From positions 64,001 to 128,000 of IMG/VR virus record IMGVR_UViG_3300027848_000009: a stretch of 64,000 nt of DNA; one strand, 5' to 3'. Positions within the stretch are counted from its first letter, which is position 1. Each line of letters starts with the position of its first letter. Origin of the DNA: a virus. A program made the position numbers and the translations under genes. Under the pieces are notes generated by a model. It made no database searches. It was not told the DNA's origin and saw nothing but the letters and a program-made list of their open reading frames with translations. This document shows, piece by piece, positions 48,968-58,034 of this stretch.

Positions 48968-49243
48968 ATGATCAAGCGGTTCATAAGGTGGTATCTCAGG
49001 CCGATTGACCTAACTCGCGACGAACGAATCACCGGCGCTATTGGCTGGATGCTTCTGATAGTGGGCATTCTCGCCTACGACATTTTTGCTATTAGGACGC
49101 GGAAAATCGAAACGCTTTCTAGGTACTTTTGGCGATCCGCAGAGCGGACTGTATTTGGAAACACCCTGAGGTGCATCTGGGTCTGGCTAACATTTCATCT
49201 ACTTTTTGAAACAAAAGTAAGAAAAACCCTGCACCGAAGATAA
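48968..49243 (+). CDS. Small membrane protein
   Basis: GWMLLIVGILAYD, ETLS, W.WLTFHL. Confidence 0.7.
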   Translation: MIKRFIRWYLRPIDLTRDERITGAIGWMLLIVGILAYDIFAIRTRKIETLSRYFWRSAERTVFGNTLRCIWVWLTFHLLFETKVRKTLHRR

Positions 49244-49265
49244 CCGATCACGCTAATATACGGGC

Positions 49266-49898
49266 ATGGAAGAAACAGACGACGTCTCGTTGATCCACCC
49301 CGGACACTTTGGGGCATCAACAGACAACATCGTCCTCATCGAAGACTTTGTAGATGCAGATGATCTAATCACTCTCCAGAATTTTTTCCCCACTATCGAC
49401 GAATGGGAGAATCCCCTTGAGGATGAGTTCAACGAAGACGGAACTTGCATTTACGACGCTTCATACTGGTGGGACAGGATGTGCAGCGGAGCAATCCTTC
49501 AAAGGACCGCACCAGAAATCCACGACCTGATCGACTTCTACATCAAGAAAATGAAGAACGTCCTCGATCAAAAGTTCAACGTCTCTCTGTACCAGCGACC
49601 GCCAGTGCTAATTAGATGGATGCCCGGAAACGAGCAGCAGCCACACGCCGACAAGCAACTCAATGATGGCACCCCGAACCCTTTCCCGTTGTACGACATC
49701 AACTCGATCATCTACTGGAACGACGATTTCAACGGCGGCGATTTCTACTATCCGGAATACGACATACATCTTCCAATCAAAGCCGGTATGGCCGTCGCCC
49801 ATCCGGGAGATATTCACTACCGGCATGGTGTGAAGCCAATCATTTCCGGCGAACGCTGGACAACACCTTCTTTTTACACGATCACGGAACTGAGATAA
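49266..49898 (+). CDS. Prolyl-4-hydroxylase-like 2OG-Fe(II) oxygenase
   Basis: PHAD, IIYWNDDFNGG, HGV..ISGERW. Confidence 0.9.
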   Translation: MEETDDVSLIHPGHFGASTDNIVLIEDFVDADDLITLQNFFPTIDEWENPLEDEFNEDGTCIYDASYWWDRMCSGAILQRTAPEIHDLIDFYIKKMKNVLDQKFNVSLYQRPPVLIRWMPGNEQQPHADKQLNDGTPNPFPLYDINSIIYWNDDFNGGDFYYPEYDIHLPIKAGMAVAHPGDIHYRHGVKPIISGERWTTPSFYTITELR

Positions 49899-49901
49899 AT
49901 A

Positions 49902-50612
49902 ATGCGCATCGGCGGCTACCTAGGAAACCCCACTGATGGAATTCTTCTCTACAAGGACGTTTGGCCAAAGGAATCAAACTTTGTTGAACGCTTAGAGCGT
50001 GGCCTTGAGCAAAGTTCGAGCGAATATTTTTCGTGGCAGCAGGCAACAGTCGGCGACTACGAAATAATGAAGGACTATCGAGACTGTTTTGATTTCAAAC
50101 TTCGCCAAGCCGACATTCCTGTGTCCGACGAATTTGCCGACCTTGGTCGAGTCTATGAAGAGGTTATTGAGGGAGTGCGTGAATGCGTTCTCCACTACTC
50201 GTCTCTTTACAACCTGCAACTCGACTACGAGGAAGCAACAAACTTTGTGAAGTACGGAGTTGGGCAGCACTTCTCAATCCATCCAGATTCTGGCTTTTCC
50301 TACTCGTGCGCCGTATCGTGCGTCGGATACATCAACGACGACTACGAAGGCGGTGAATATGTGATGCCGTTCAAGAACCTCAAGTTCATCCCCGAGGCCG
50401 GAGATGTAATTGTCCACCCCAGCGACTTCATCTACGCACACGCATCTCAACCAGTCTCATCTGGAATCAAGTACTCAGCAGTGACGATGTACGACTACAA
50501 CGACCGCAATCACCAAGCCCATTCTTCCGCCAAGTCGCCGGAGCCCGCCGTGACAATAAACAGCATTCCCGTCGCAAGTAATCAAACGTCAGCGTACAAC
50601 CCCGGTCCGTAA
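49902..50612 (+). CDS. Prolyl-4-hydroxylase-like 2OG-Fe(II) oxygenase
   Basis: HPD, YINDDYEGGE, HASQPVSSGIKYS. Confidence 0.9.
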   Translation: MRIGGYLGNPTDGILLYKDVWPKESNFVERLERGLEQSSSEYFSWQQATVGDYEIMKDYRDCFDFKLRQADIPVSDEFADLGRVYEEVIEGVRECVLHYSSLYNLQLDYEEATNFVKYGVGQHFSIHPDSGFSYSCAVSCVGYINDDYEGGEYVMPFKNLKFIPEAGDVIVHPSDFIYAHASQPVSSGIKYSAVTMYDYNDRNHQAHSSAKSPEPAVTINSIPVASNQTSAYNPGP

Positions 50613-50615
50613 CCT

Positions 50616-51338
50616 GTGAAAGTTTCGTTAACTAGAACACATCAGAATCCGCCCGAGATCCGTCAGGCTGCAGTACGACGCGACTGGATGGACGACACTT
50701 ACAAGAAGCACGCATACAAGTGTCTGCCACTCACCGAAGCAAACGTAAACGGTTGGGACATGATCCTCCAGCAGGACGTTGTCATCCAGTGGGATGGCGG
50801 ATTGACCGTGCCGAGAGTGCTCAGCGGCGAGAAAATGACGTTTGAGACAAATGGACAAACCTACGAACGCAACATCGTCATGCCGAGCATCGTTGGGATT
50901 ATGTCATTCACGGTTGGATGGTCTTTTTCCACTCCGCCCGGTACCGCCACGTGGATCAGTGGATCACCAAACTATTTCGTTGACGGAGCAGTTCCTCTCA
51001 CTGCCCACATCCCATCCGACTGGTGGCCGGACGAGTTCAACATGAATTGGAAAATCACCAAGATTGGAGAGCCGGTCACATTCCCGGCTGGATCTCCTTT
51101 CATGTTTTTTCAGTTCTACGACACATCCTTGATGCCAAGCGTCGAGTTCGAAGTCGAGAACTACTGGGACAAGCCAGAACTTTCTGCCGCTCGCCAGTCG
51201 TATGGCGATGCGAAAATGAAGAAACTCGAAGAGCAGCCTTGGACATGGATGGGTGGCATCAGGACTGGCCTTGACGAAAACGGAAATCAGGTCGGTCCAC
51301 GATTCGACGGGCACGTTCATTTAAAGGAACCACAGTGA
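50616..51338 (+). CDS. DUF6065-like protein
   Basis: RRDWMD.T..HAYKCLPL.EAN..GW, GSPN, DWWP..F.MNWK. Confidence 0.75.
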   Translation: MKVSLTRTHQNPPEIRQAAVRRDWMDDTYKKHAYKCLPLTEANVNGWDMILQQDVVIQWDGGLTVPRVLSGEKMTFETNGQTYERNIVMPSIVGIMSFTVGWSFSTPPGTATWISGSPNYFVDGAVPLTAHIPSDWWPDEFNMNWKITKIGEPVTFPAGSPFMFFQFYDTSLMPSVEFEVENYWDKPELSAARQSYGDAKMKKLEEQPWTWMGGIRTGLDENGNQVGPRFDGHVHLKEPQ

Positions 51339-52909
51339 GAAAATTTGGCGGGATTGCCTTAGGGCTTAAACTTGGAAACCTTGGCTTCAAGATCAAGGGA
51401 GTTACCCCTCAACAAGTGTTTGACGACCCCTCCTACTTCAGGGAGATTTTCAAACGCAACAAGGTGATCGGCTTTATAGGCATGCATCCCACCGACATCG
51501 AACACATGCAGTTGGTGGACTGTATCTACAAAGGTGTCAGCGATCCAGACTTTCGCACAGGACTTCTTGCCGACCAGCGACATGAAACAATTTCGGATGT
51601 CGAGGACAAATCCGATCCTGAAGGATTCCTGAAACGAAACTGGCATGTCGATAATCCATTCATGCCAGAGCCCCCATGCCTCCTCTCTATCCATATGACC
51701 ACCTACAAAGTGGATCCAGACTATGGGCACACTTTTTTTGTCAGCCTCGCCAACCTGTATGACGAATGCCCCTCCCACCTGAAAGAGCATTTGAGTGACG
51801 CTCACTTCGTGTGCCAGACGGGAGCAATCGATCAGGATATCTCGACACACCCGGCCTTGCGCACCCACCCCGACACAGGGGAAACGATGCTGTACTGGAC
51901 AGGGCCCGGAACGGCTCTTGCCGGGGGCAACACTCCATGGTTTGAAGAACTGTACGGTTGGGTGACGAAATACTGCGCAAACGAAGCGAATCGCTTCAAA
52001 TGGGTTTGGTCAGAAGGAGACGTGATCATCTGGGACAATCGGGCGGTCATGCACGGCTTCTACAATGGATGGGATCGGTCGGAACGCATCTTCCAACGCG
52101 TCGAAGTTGGACATGAGCAACCTTTCTTTGACCCCGACCATGTCGGCAACTGCGATCCGGACTTCGGTGACACCAATGAATACAAGGGTGTCGATAAAGA
52201 TAAATCGAAGGGACCCAATCCGGACCACATACCCCTCGTTTTCACGAAGGGCATCTACGCCCTCGAAGGCTTGGATCATCTTTTCCAGACAGTGACGCTC
52301 TTCGTGTTCTCGAAAGACGGTTCGATACCTGACAACGTTCGCGAGTTCAAAGAATTAATTGATGAGACTGACGACCTTTCCGACGACTTCAACGTTGTCG
52401 GAGTTCCCATCGATGAGTCCAATCGATTGTTTGCAAACTTGATGAGGTACAGCAAACACCACAATCTAGAGGACCCGGTAGAAGGACAGATGTTCCTTTT
52501 CTCTCGCAATGGAGACACACACGGTGGCTCAATGCCCGCCAGAGAAGATCTGATGAGGACAGCCCCATACGAGGGTGGGAAGTTGACGCCGATCGAAACA
52601 GTTCGCGCATATCTCCGCTGGCACCCAGAAATGAGGCATGCTGGCCACGCTTGGCACTATCCGGATTGGTTCCCTCATCAGCCTCTCCAGTTCAGGCCTT
52701 GGGATTTCCAGAACCTTTTCTTCATGACGTACGAGGGTTTTAGTGGAAAAAATCCGCCAGAAGATTTTCTGGTACAGTTCGCCATTGACACGATCTTCGG
52801 TTGCTTCAACCACCTAAGAGACAATGGCGAGCGCAGGCAGATCATCGAGCGAATCAACGATTACGTCTCATACATGCTGGAGTTGGATGAACATGAGTTC
52901 GAGCGATAA
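51335..52909 (+). CDS. TauD/TfdA-family dioxygenase with C-terminal extension
   Basis: WHVD, HPALRTHPDTGE, WSEGDVIIWDNRAVMH, R..R. Confidence 0.88.
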   Translation: MRKFGGIALGLKLGNLGFKIKGVTPQQVFDDPSYFREIFKRNKVIGFIGMHPTDIEHMQLVDCIYKGVSDPDFRTGLLADQRHETISDVEDKSDPEGFLKRNWHVDNPFMPEPPCLLSIHMTTYKVDPDYGHTFFVSLANLYDECPSHLKEHLSDAHFVCQTGAIDQDISTHPALRTHPDTGETMLYWTGPGTALAGGNTPWFEELYGWVTKYCANEANRFKWVWSEGDVIIWDNRAVMHGFYNGWDRSERIFQRVEVGHEQPFFDPDHVGNCDPDFGDTNEYKGVDKDKSKGPNPDHIPLVFTKGIYALEGLDHLFQTVTLFVFSKDGSIPDNVREFKELIDETDDLSDDFNVVGVPIDESNRLFANLMRYSKHHNLEDPVEGQMFLFSRNGDTHGGSMPAREDLMRTAPYEGGKLTPIETVRAYLRWHPEMRHAGHAWHYPDWFPHQPLQFRPWDFQNLFFMTYEGFSGKNPPEDFLVQFAIDTIFGCFNHLRDNGERRQIIERINDYVSYMLELDEHEFER

Positions 52910-53729
52910 ACAACTTCCCGTCGGCAAACACCTTGGTGGTGGAGTAGTCCTATTCGAACAAGTGTTCGATCTTGACTGGGATTGGATGAGAACGTACTGC
53001 AAAGATGTTTTGCAGCGCGAGCGCGCCACCATGTACGAGCCGGGCATCGACCCGATTACTGGCGACGATGGATACATCAACAGAAGTGGATACTTCTTCA
53101 AGAAAGATTCTCTCGACGAGATGCCATGGCGCGGCAGTTTTGTTCATCAAGACAGCAGGTCCGACGTTATCGAAACCCTTGATTACATCGAAGAACGAAG
53201 AGATGCATGCCTGTTGACGTATCTCGGAATGTTCCCAATTGCGGGAAAATGTATTTGGTGGAAAATCAAGAGCCACATCGTCGCCTACCCGATTGGTGGA
53301 TTCCTCGGGATGCACGCCGACATCAGTACCGATTATGAATACGGCAAACCTCACCCCCGTGACCAACTCGCGACAAGGAACACCGTCTCAGTTGTCGCGT
53401 ACCTCAACGATTCAGTTAAATCTGCGGACGAGTTGGATGGAACCAACTTTACCGGAGGGGCGCACAACTTCACCTACCTCGACATCAATCATGAGGATAT
53501 AAAGAAGGGCGACATGCTCTTCTTCCCCTCGAACTACGTAGCGGCACATGAGGTACAGCCAGTAACTGGCGGTTGGCGCTACTCCTACTTGGGGTGGTAT
53601 TGTCAGGGAACACCGAATCCGGCGGTGTGTGAAAATGTAATGGACCCGAGCGACAACCCGGAACTCGCCAAAATCTCGACGAATGTGTACATGAAACATG
53701 GCTACTCACTCCTGCCCCCAGTCGGCTAG
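52893..53729 (+). CDS. 2OG-Fe(II) oxygenase (P4H-like)
   Basis: GMHAD, YLND, GDMLFFPSNY..AHEV..GGWRYS. Confidence 0.88.
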   Translation: MSSSDKQLPVGKHLGGGVVLFEQVFDLDWDWMRTYCKDVLQRERATMYEPGIDPITGDDGYINRSGYFFKKDSLDEMPWRGSFVHQDSRSDVIETLDYIEERRDACLLTYLGMFPIAGKCIWWKIKSHIVAYPIGGFLGMHADISTDYEYGKPHPRDQLATRNTVSVVAYLNDSVKSADELDGTNFTGGAHNFTYLDINHEDIKKGDMLFFPSNYVAAHEVQPVTGGWRYSYLGWYCQGTPNPAVCENVMDPSDNPELAKISTNVYMKHGYSLLPPVG

Positions 53730-54279
53730 AACAATCGGAATTGTCCACCCCGGCAGGATGGGTGGCACTTTGGCGTACGATCTCAAGAAAAGTGGCCACA
53801 TCGTCTACTGGGCATCGTCAGGTCGCTCCGAAGCAACCGAAGAGCGAGCCAACGAGTTTGATCTTGTCGACCTCGTCGACGTCGACACCGTCCTTGCCAA
53901 AAGCGAAATCGTGTTCTGCATTGCCTTTGGTGGAGCACCACTTGAAATCGCCAAGCACGTCGCCACAGTTGGCTACGACGGTATCTACGTCGACGCCAAT
54001 GGCCTGTGGGGCGAAGAGTCGGAGAAAGAGATTGCGTCCATCATCAACGATGCTGGGATCACCTACGTCGAAGCCGGTCTGTACGGTTGGCCACACCCGG
54101 GTCGCGAAGGATACACGGACGAGCACACCCTGTACCTGTCAGGAGAGAAGGCTGATGAAATTGCCAATCTTTTCTCATCGGGGTATTGGACTACCGAAGT
54201 ACACCCGACGTCAGCAAAAGAAGTAAAACGCCTGAGGAACGATCGGGAACGAGGAACAGAGTTCCCCGAACAAGAGTAA
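53698..54279 (+). CDS. NAD(P)-binding Rossmann protein (6PGDH/3-hydroxyisobutyrate dehydrogenase N-domain-like)
   Basis: IGIVHPGRMG, IYVDAN, YVEAGLYGWP; lacks C-terminal helical domain. Confidence 0.75.
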   Translation: MATHSCPQSARTIGIVHPGRMGGTLAYDLKKSGHIVYWASSGRSEATEERANEFDLVDLVDVDTVLAKSEIVFCIAFGGAPLEIAKHVATVGYDGIYVDANGLWGEESEKEIASIINDAGITYVEAGLYGWPHPGREGYTDEHTLYLSGEKADEIANLFSSGYWTTEVHPTSAKEVKRLRNDRERGTEFPEQE

Positions 54280-54950
54280 TGAAAGCAACTCACTACGGAT
54301 TTGGAATCGTCGAGTACGAGAACGTAGCCGACATCGATTCCGATTATCTGGAAGGCTGGCTAGAGAGGCGACGTCTTCAAGAACCTAACGACTACACGCT
54401 TCAGAGCGACGGCACCTACATGAACAGGGGTGGGTACGTCTTCACGGAAGATCAAGTGAACGCTTCGCCCGGTCGTCTACTCCGGTTGAAGGTCAACTGC
54501 AGTGATGAAGATCTCGCCTTCGCAGAAAAACTCGAAAATGTCACCGCACTCTGCATTTCCGAATATTTTAATATCTTCCCAGAGGCGCAACGAAGTGTCT
54601 GGTGGAGGGCGGATCCCCATGTGGCAACCTACAAGCCCGGAGGATACATGGGGTACCACCACGACAATCTTGTTGGGGCTGGATCGGAAAGCGAAAAAGC
54701 GATCTACAGCGTCCTCACTGCATCTATAATCCTGAAAGATCAATGTAGCGGCGGAGATTTAGGGTTCAAATACATTGACAAGCATTTTGCGCCCAAGGCT
54801 GGAACTGCTTTTGTTTACCCTGCGGGTTTTCTAGGAACACACGAAGTGTGTCCGGTAACTTCCGGTGAACGTATTTCTTATTTGGAGTTCTTTGGGCACG
54901 GAACGCTGATGGGAGCCAACCCTTTCACTCCTCCTCGTACGGAATCCTAG
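54279..54950 (+). CDS. 2OG-Fe(II) oxygenase (P4H-like)
   Basis: GYHHD, GGDL.F, THEV.PVTSGER. Confidence 0.88.
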   Translation: MKATHYGFGIVEYENVADIDSDYLEGWLERRRLQEPNDYTLQSDGTYMNRGGYVFTEDQVNASPGRLLRLKVNCSDEDLAFAEKLENVTALCISEYFNIFPEAQRSVWWRADPHVATYKPGGYMGYHHDNLVGAGSESEKAIYSVLTASIILKDQCSGGDLGFKYIDKHFAPKAGTAFVYPAGFLGTHEVCPVTSGERISYLEFFGHGTLMGANPFTPPRTES

Positions 54951-55923
54951 TTCCGCTGGGGCCACCCTCTTTGGAGCGTTGCTGCGTCTCGATTGTAGAG
55001 GCGTGGAACCCGAGAGCGGAGTCTTTTGATGTATCGAGATGCGAGTGCCCCGACTTCGAGAACTTCACATGATCTTGGTAAAGGTAAGGGACGTAAACCG
55101 GAGCAAGCCACATGTCGCTTTCTTGCGGTTCTGAAACTTCGGCCATGTGCTCGCCGCCATGGCCAAACTGGGTGAGGTAGCTGTAGCGCGGCGTTTCGCC
55201 TGTAACCTGCGTCACCCCATGAGTGCCAACGTAGTTTGCTGGGAAGAGAATCATGTCCCCAGTCTTGGGTTTGATGGTGACATCCAAATAGGGGAAGTGC
55301 ATTTCCCCACCCTCGTAATCGTCGTTAAAGTAGGCTAACCCGTTGACGACTTGGTACATGGCAATCTCACGACCGCTGTAGTAACGCTGGCCATCAACAA
55401 CGAACGTGTTCGTGTCATTATCGTTGTGTAGACCGAGGTTAGCCCCCGGCATGAATTTCAGGCAGTGCCCCCTCATTCGCCACCAAACCGAGTTGACCAT
55501 GAGCGGGTAGAGATCGCAATACCGGATCAAGGCGTGGTAGAACGATTCTTCGACGTGCTCGAAAAACGCCCTCACGTCGTGCCTCGTTTCCGGGCTGACC
55601 GGTTCAGGCATTCCGTGACCACCAACTCGCATTGGCAGGGCTAGAAGGTCTTTGATGTCAACGACTCTCCCGTCAAAAGTTTCGCCACGGATCATGTTGC
55701 CTTCTTCGTCCCTGATGATCTCAAGGCCACATGATGGGACGTAAGCCAACTCGTCGATGTGGGGGAGCACGACGCTTTGGTCTATGTCGAACACGTTATG
55801 AAAGTGAATGACGCCACCGGTGTGATGGGTGTATTCGATCTCGTTTACGCGTTTGCAGTCATTTTCGTCAAGACTGTAATATGCGTATTTGTTGCGATCC
55901 GGAGGGCCAAGTCGTGCGGGCAT
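54925..55923 (-). CDS. 2OG-Fe(II) oxygenase (P4H-like)
   Basis: GLHND, YFNDDYEGGE, FPANY..THGV..PRYS. Confidence 0.88.
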   Translation of the reverse strand: MPARLGPPDRNKYAYYSLDENDCKRVNEIEYTHHTGGVIHFHNVFDIDQSVVLPHIDELAYVPSCGLEIIRDEEGNMIRGETFDGRVVDIKDLLALPMRVGGHGMPEPVSPETRHDVRAFFEHVEESFYHALIRYCDLYPLMVNSVWWRMRGHCLKFMPGANLGLHNDNDTNTFVVDGQRYYSGREIAMYQVVNGLAYFNDDYEGGEMHFPYLDVTIKPKTGDMILFPANYVGTHGVTQVTGETPRYSYLTQFGHGGEHMAEVSEPQESDMWLAPVYVPYLYQDHVKFSKSGHSHLDTSKDSALGFHASTIETQQRSKEGGPSGTRIPYEEE

Positions 55924-55933
55924 ATCTACTATA

Positions 55934-56707
55934 TTATCTTACTTTGTAAGCAATAGCAGTGCCGATTTCGTCGTGCGCTAAGTGAAACACGTTGAAGTCG
56001 TCGCGCTGCAAAATTCTCCTGTTGATCCGGTGCATGTGATGTTCGTGCGCCTTTAGTCCGTCCTCGTAGAGCGACCCAAACTCGGCGAGGTCATAGATCA
56101 TCATGATTCCGCCAACTTTGATGGAGTCAAGTAGACGATCTACGATGTTCAAGTTTGGGGTAAGGAAGTCATGGGTGTGCAGTCGAGCGGAGTCGAAATA
56201 GTTGACAACGTTTCCGTCTTCGAAATCCTGAAGGTCGATTACGTTGTATTTGCATTCTGAATGATTTGGAACGGTTCCATTTTCGTCAAGCGTTTCTTCC
56301 ATAATTCTGGTTTCAAAAGTATTGATCCAGTAATAGTCCTTGGTACCTTCAGACATGGCGGGGAAGTGAGTGTTGACTGGAAAGGATCCGGAAATTAGAA
56401 TTTTTTCCGGCGTGGTCGGATCGACGGGTTTAAGGATGCCAAAAAGCGACTTGACGGCAATGTAGTTTCGCCACGCGTATTCGAGCCAAGTATTATCCTG
56501 CTCGCCAAGCCACGTAGAGTACTTCCAGAAGTACCAGTCGCGACCCATGGCCGCTTGTCGCTTGTCAGCGTTTGCTTCCGCGATTCCGGCATCAGCAAGT
56601 CTTGAGTAGTCGCGAACAAGGCTCAGTTCGTCATCCCATGTTGCGCCAGTCTGATTAGTGGAGAGGCTTCTAGCGACAATGCCTTTATGGAAAATGCTGC
56701 TAGACAT
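55934..56707 (-). CDS. Class I SAM methyltransferase-like fold protein (divergent)
   Basis: PEKILISG, YFDSARL, LLDSIKVGGIMMIYD, terminal G.AIAYK strand. Confidence 0.5.
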   Translation of the reverse strand: MSSSIFHKGIVARSLSTNQTGATWDDELSLVRDYSRLADAGIAEANADKRQAAMGRDWYFWKYSTWLGEQDNTWLEYAWRNYIAVKSLFGILKPVDPTTPEKILISGSFPVNTHFPAMSEGTKDYYWINTFETRIMEETLDENGTVPNHSECKYNVIDLQDFEDGNVVNYFDSARLHTHDFLTPNLNIVDRLLDSIKVGGIMMIYDLAEFGSLYEDGLKAHEHHMHRINRRILQRDDFNVFHLAHDEIGTAIAYKVR

Positions 56708-57035
56708 TGTTCTCTACCTCGAACGACGAAATGTGACGACGACGCCAAAACCTGCGCGATAGCAGCATCATCCAACTTTTTTGTTTACGTCCAAACGAGA
56801 ATCCGGGATCGCAGGAACGTTGCTTGTCCCCGACCGGCAGGTAGGGCTCCATTGGATGTGGTTCGAACATCCACCCACATCGATCAATCAGATCGTCGAT
56901 TGTGTACGTGTTCATGTCTTCTTCGTTCAAACCAAGAATGTAGAAGCAGGACAACAGGTGCTTGGATGACCACCCCAATTCCGAGTGCGGGCTGTAAATC
57001 TTTCCAGATGTTGGGCTTACTTGCCTAATTGTCAT
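56700..57035 (-). CDS. Hypothetical protein (apparent paralog of 62779-63063)
   Basis: ILGLNEED...TIDDLI pattern. Confidence 0.65.
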   Translation of the reverse strand: MTIRQVSPTSGKIYSPHSELGWSSKHLLSCFYILGLNEEDMNTYTIDDLIDRCGWMFEPHPMEPYLPVGDKQRSCDPGFSFGRKQKSWMMLLSRRFWRRRHISSFEVENNV

Positions 57036-57265
57036 TACTGATCTTCTTTGAGTTTTTCACAGAGCACAAGCATCCCTTCTTCTGGGAACTCAAGCGCTCC
57101 GATCGCCGGATTGAAGACAAGCGTTTTTTCCATTCGGTTTCCAAATGGATCGACCTCCGTTGTGACGTCCTCTAACATCGACATACCGGCCGCTGCGGCA
57201 ATCTCTCGTGGATGACGATCGTCTCCACCGATTACCGAGAGAAGATGAGGTGAAGAGAATTTCAT
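57035..57265 (-). CDS. Small hypothetical protein
   Basis: 76 aa, coupled start/stop. Confidence 0.65.
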   Translation of the reverse strand: MKFSSPHLLSVIGGDDRHPREIAAAAGMSMLEDVTTEVDPFGNRMEKTLVFNPAIGALEFPEEGMLVLCEKLKEDQ

Positions 57266-57492
57266 AACAAGAGACTTTCAAGGGCCGACAACTGCCGCTT
57301 TAGTGAAAGATAGTTGGAGTAATTGAGATCCTCCTCAGTGACAGGGATCACCATATCCGAGGATGCCGTTTCAACGTCAACTTCTAGGAAAGAGCATAAA
57401 ATGTAAATGGAGTATTCCAAAAAATCTTGTGCTTCCAGTTTCGCCTGAGCAACAACTTCTGAAGTTAGTGACATTTCTCGTCCTTGAGTCAA
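57262..57492 (-). CDS. Small helical hypothetical protein
   Basis: 76 aa, coupled. Confidence 0.65.
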   Translation of the reverse strand: MTQGREMSLTSEVVAQAKLEAQDFLEYSIYILCSFLEVDVETASSDMVIPVTEEDLNYSNYLSLKRQLSALESLLL

Positions 57493-57710
57493 GATGCCTG
57501 AATTGTCGCAAGATATGACTTCGCGAGATTCAAGGTCTGCATTGATCGCAGAAGCTCTGCGTCGCTGGGGTCATCTGATGTGAAATCGTCCGCAACAGAT
57601 GATACATCAAAACCCCTGCCGAGGCAGGCGATGAGAACGTCTTCCTCAATCGCCGTGAGTGCAGTCTCTGCGGCTTCAATTTTCTGATCTTTGGTGATTG
57701 TGAAAATCAT
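57489..57710 (-). CDS. Small helical hypothetical protein
   Basis: 73 aa, coupled. Confidence 0.65.
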   Translation of the reverse strand: MIFTITKDQKIEAAETALTAIEEDVLIACLGRGFDVSSVADDFTSDDPSDAELLRSMQTLNLAKSYLATIQAS

Positions 57711-57712
57711 CT

Positions 57713-57946
57713 TCAGAGCCTTTCGAGAGCGATTTTTAGCCGGTTGTAAGATGCCACTCGCTCAGCCAGACCGATTTCAAGAACGCCTTCGCACTCTTCT
57801 GGCGTTGGATGACTTCCCGGGTCGATGCTGTCGGGGAGAATTCCGGCATGAAGCGCGGCGGCGATCACCAATTTCTCCTGCTCTTGCAGGACATTCCCTA
57901 GATGCCGTCGCTTTGCGTCGTTGCTAACCCTGTTAAGCGCTACCAT
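57713..57946 (-). CDS. Small helical hypothetical protein
   Basis: 77 aa, GGAGA RBS. Confidence 0.65.
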   Translation of the reverse strand: MVALNRVSNDAKRRHLGNVLQEQEKLVIAAALHAGILPDSIDPGSHPTPEECEGVLEIGLAERVASYNRLKIALERL

Positions 57947-57983
57947 AATTTATCTCCAGAGACTGAGGTGACAACCACTATTT

Positions 57984-58028
57984 ATTGTAGCATGCGAAGA
58001 TGTTGCAAAGGTTGTGTGATGATACTAT
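57984..58028. promoter_or_regulatory. Back-to-back extended -10 promoters (minus TGCTACAAT 57984-57992; plus TGATACTAT 58020-58028)
   Basis: In the 88-bp gap between divergent genes. Confidence 0.65.
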
Positions 58029-58034
58029 GTAGGC

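Noticed and set aside
48605-49068. Alternative-frame repeat ORFs (MWRE, GGKNGGKC, SRRSSR, AGNVAG)
   Set aside because: Shadows of the FPP repeat; the FPP frame follows operon direction and sequence variation falls at synonymous Pro positions
53698-54279. gnd (6-phosphogluconate dehydrogenase) auxiliary metabolic gene
   Set aside because: Too short; lacks the C-terminal substrate-binding domain
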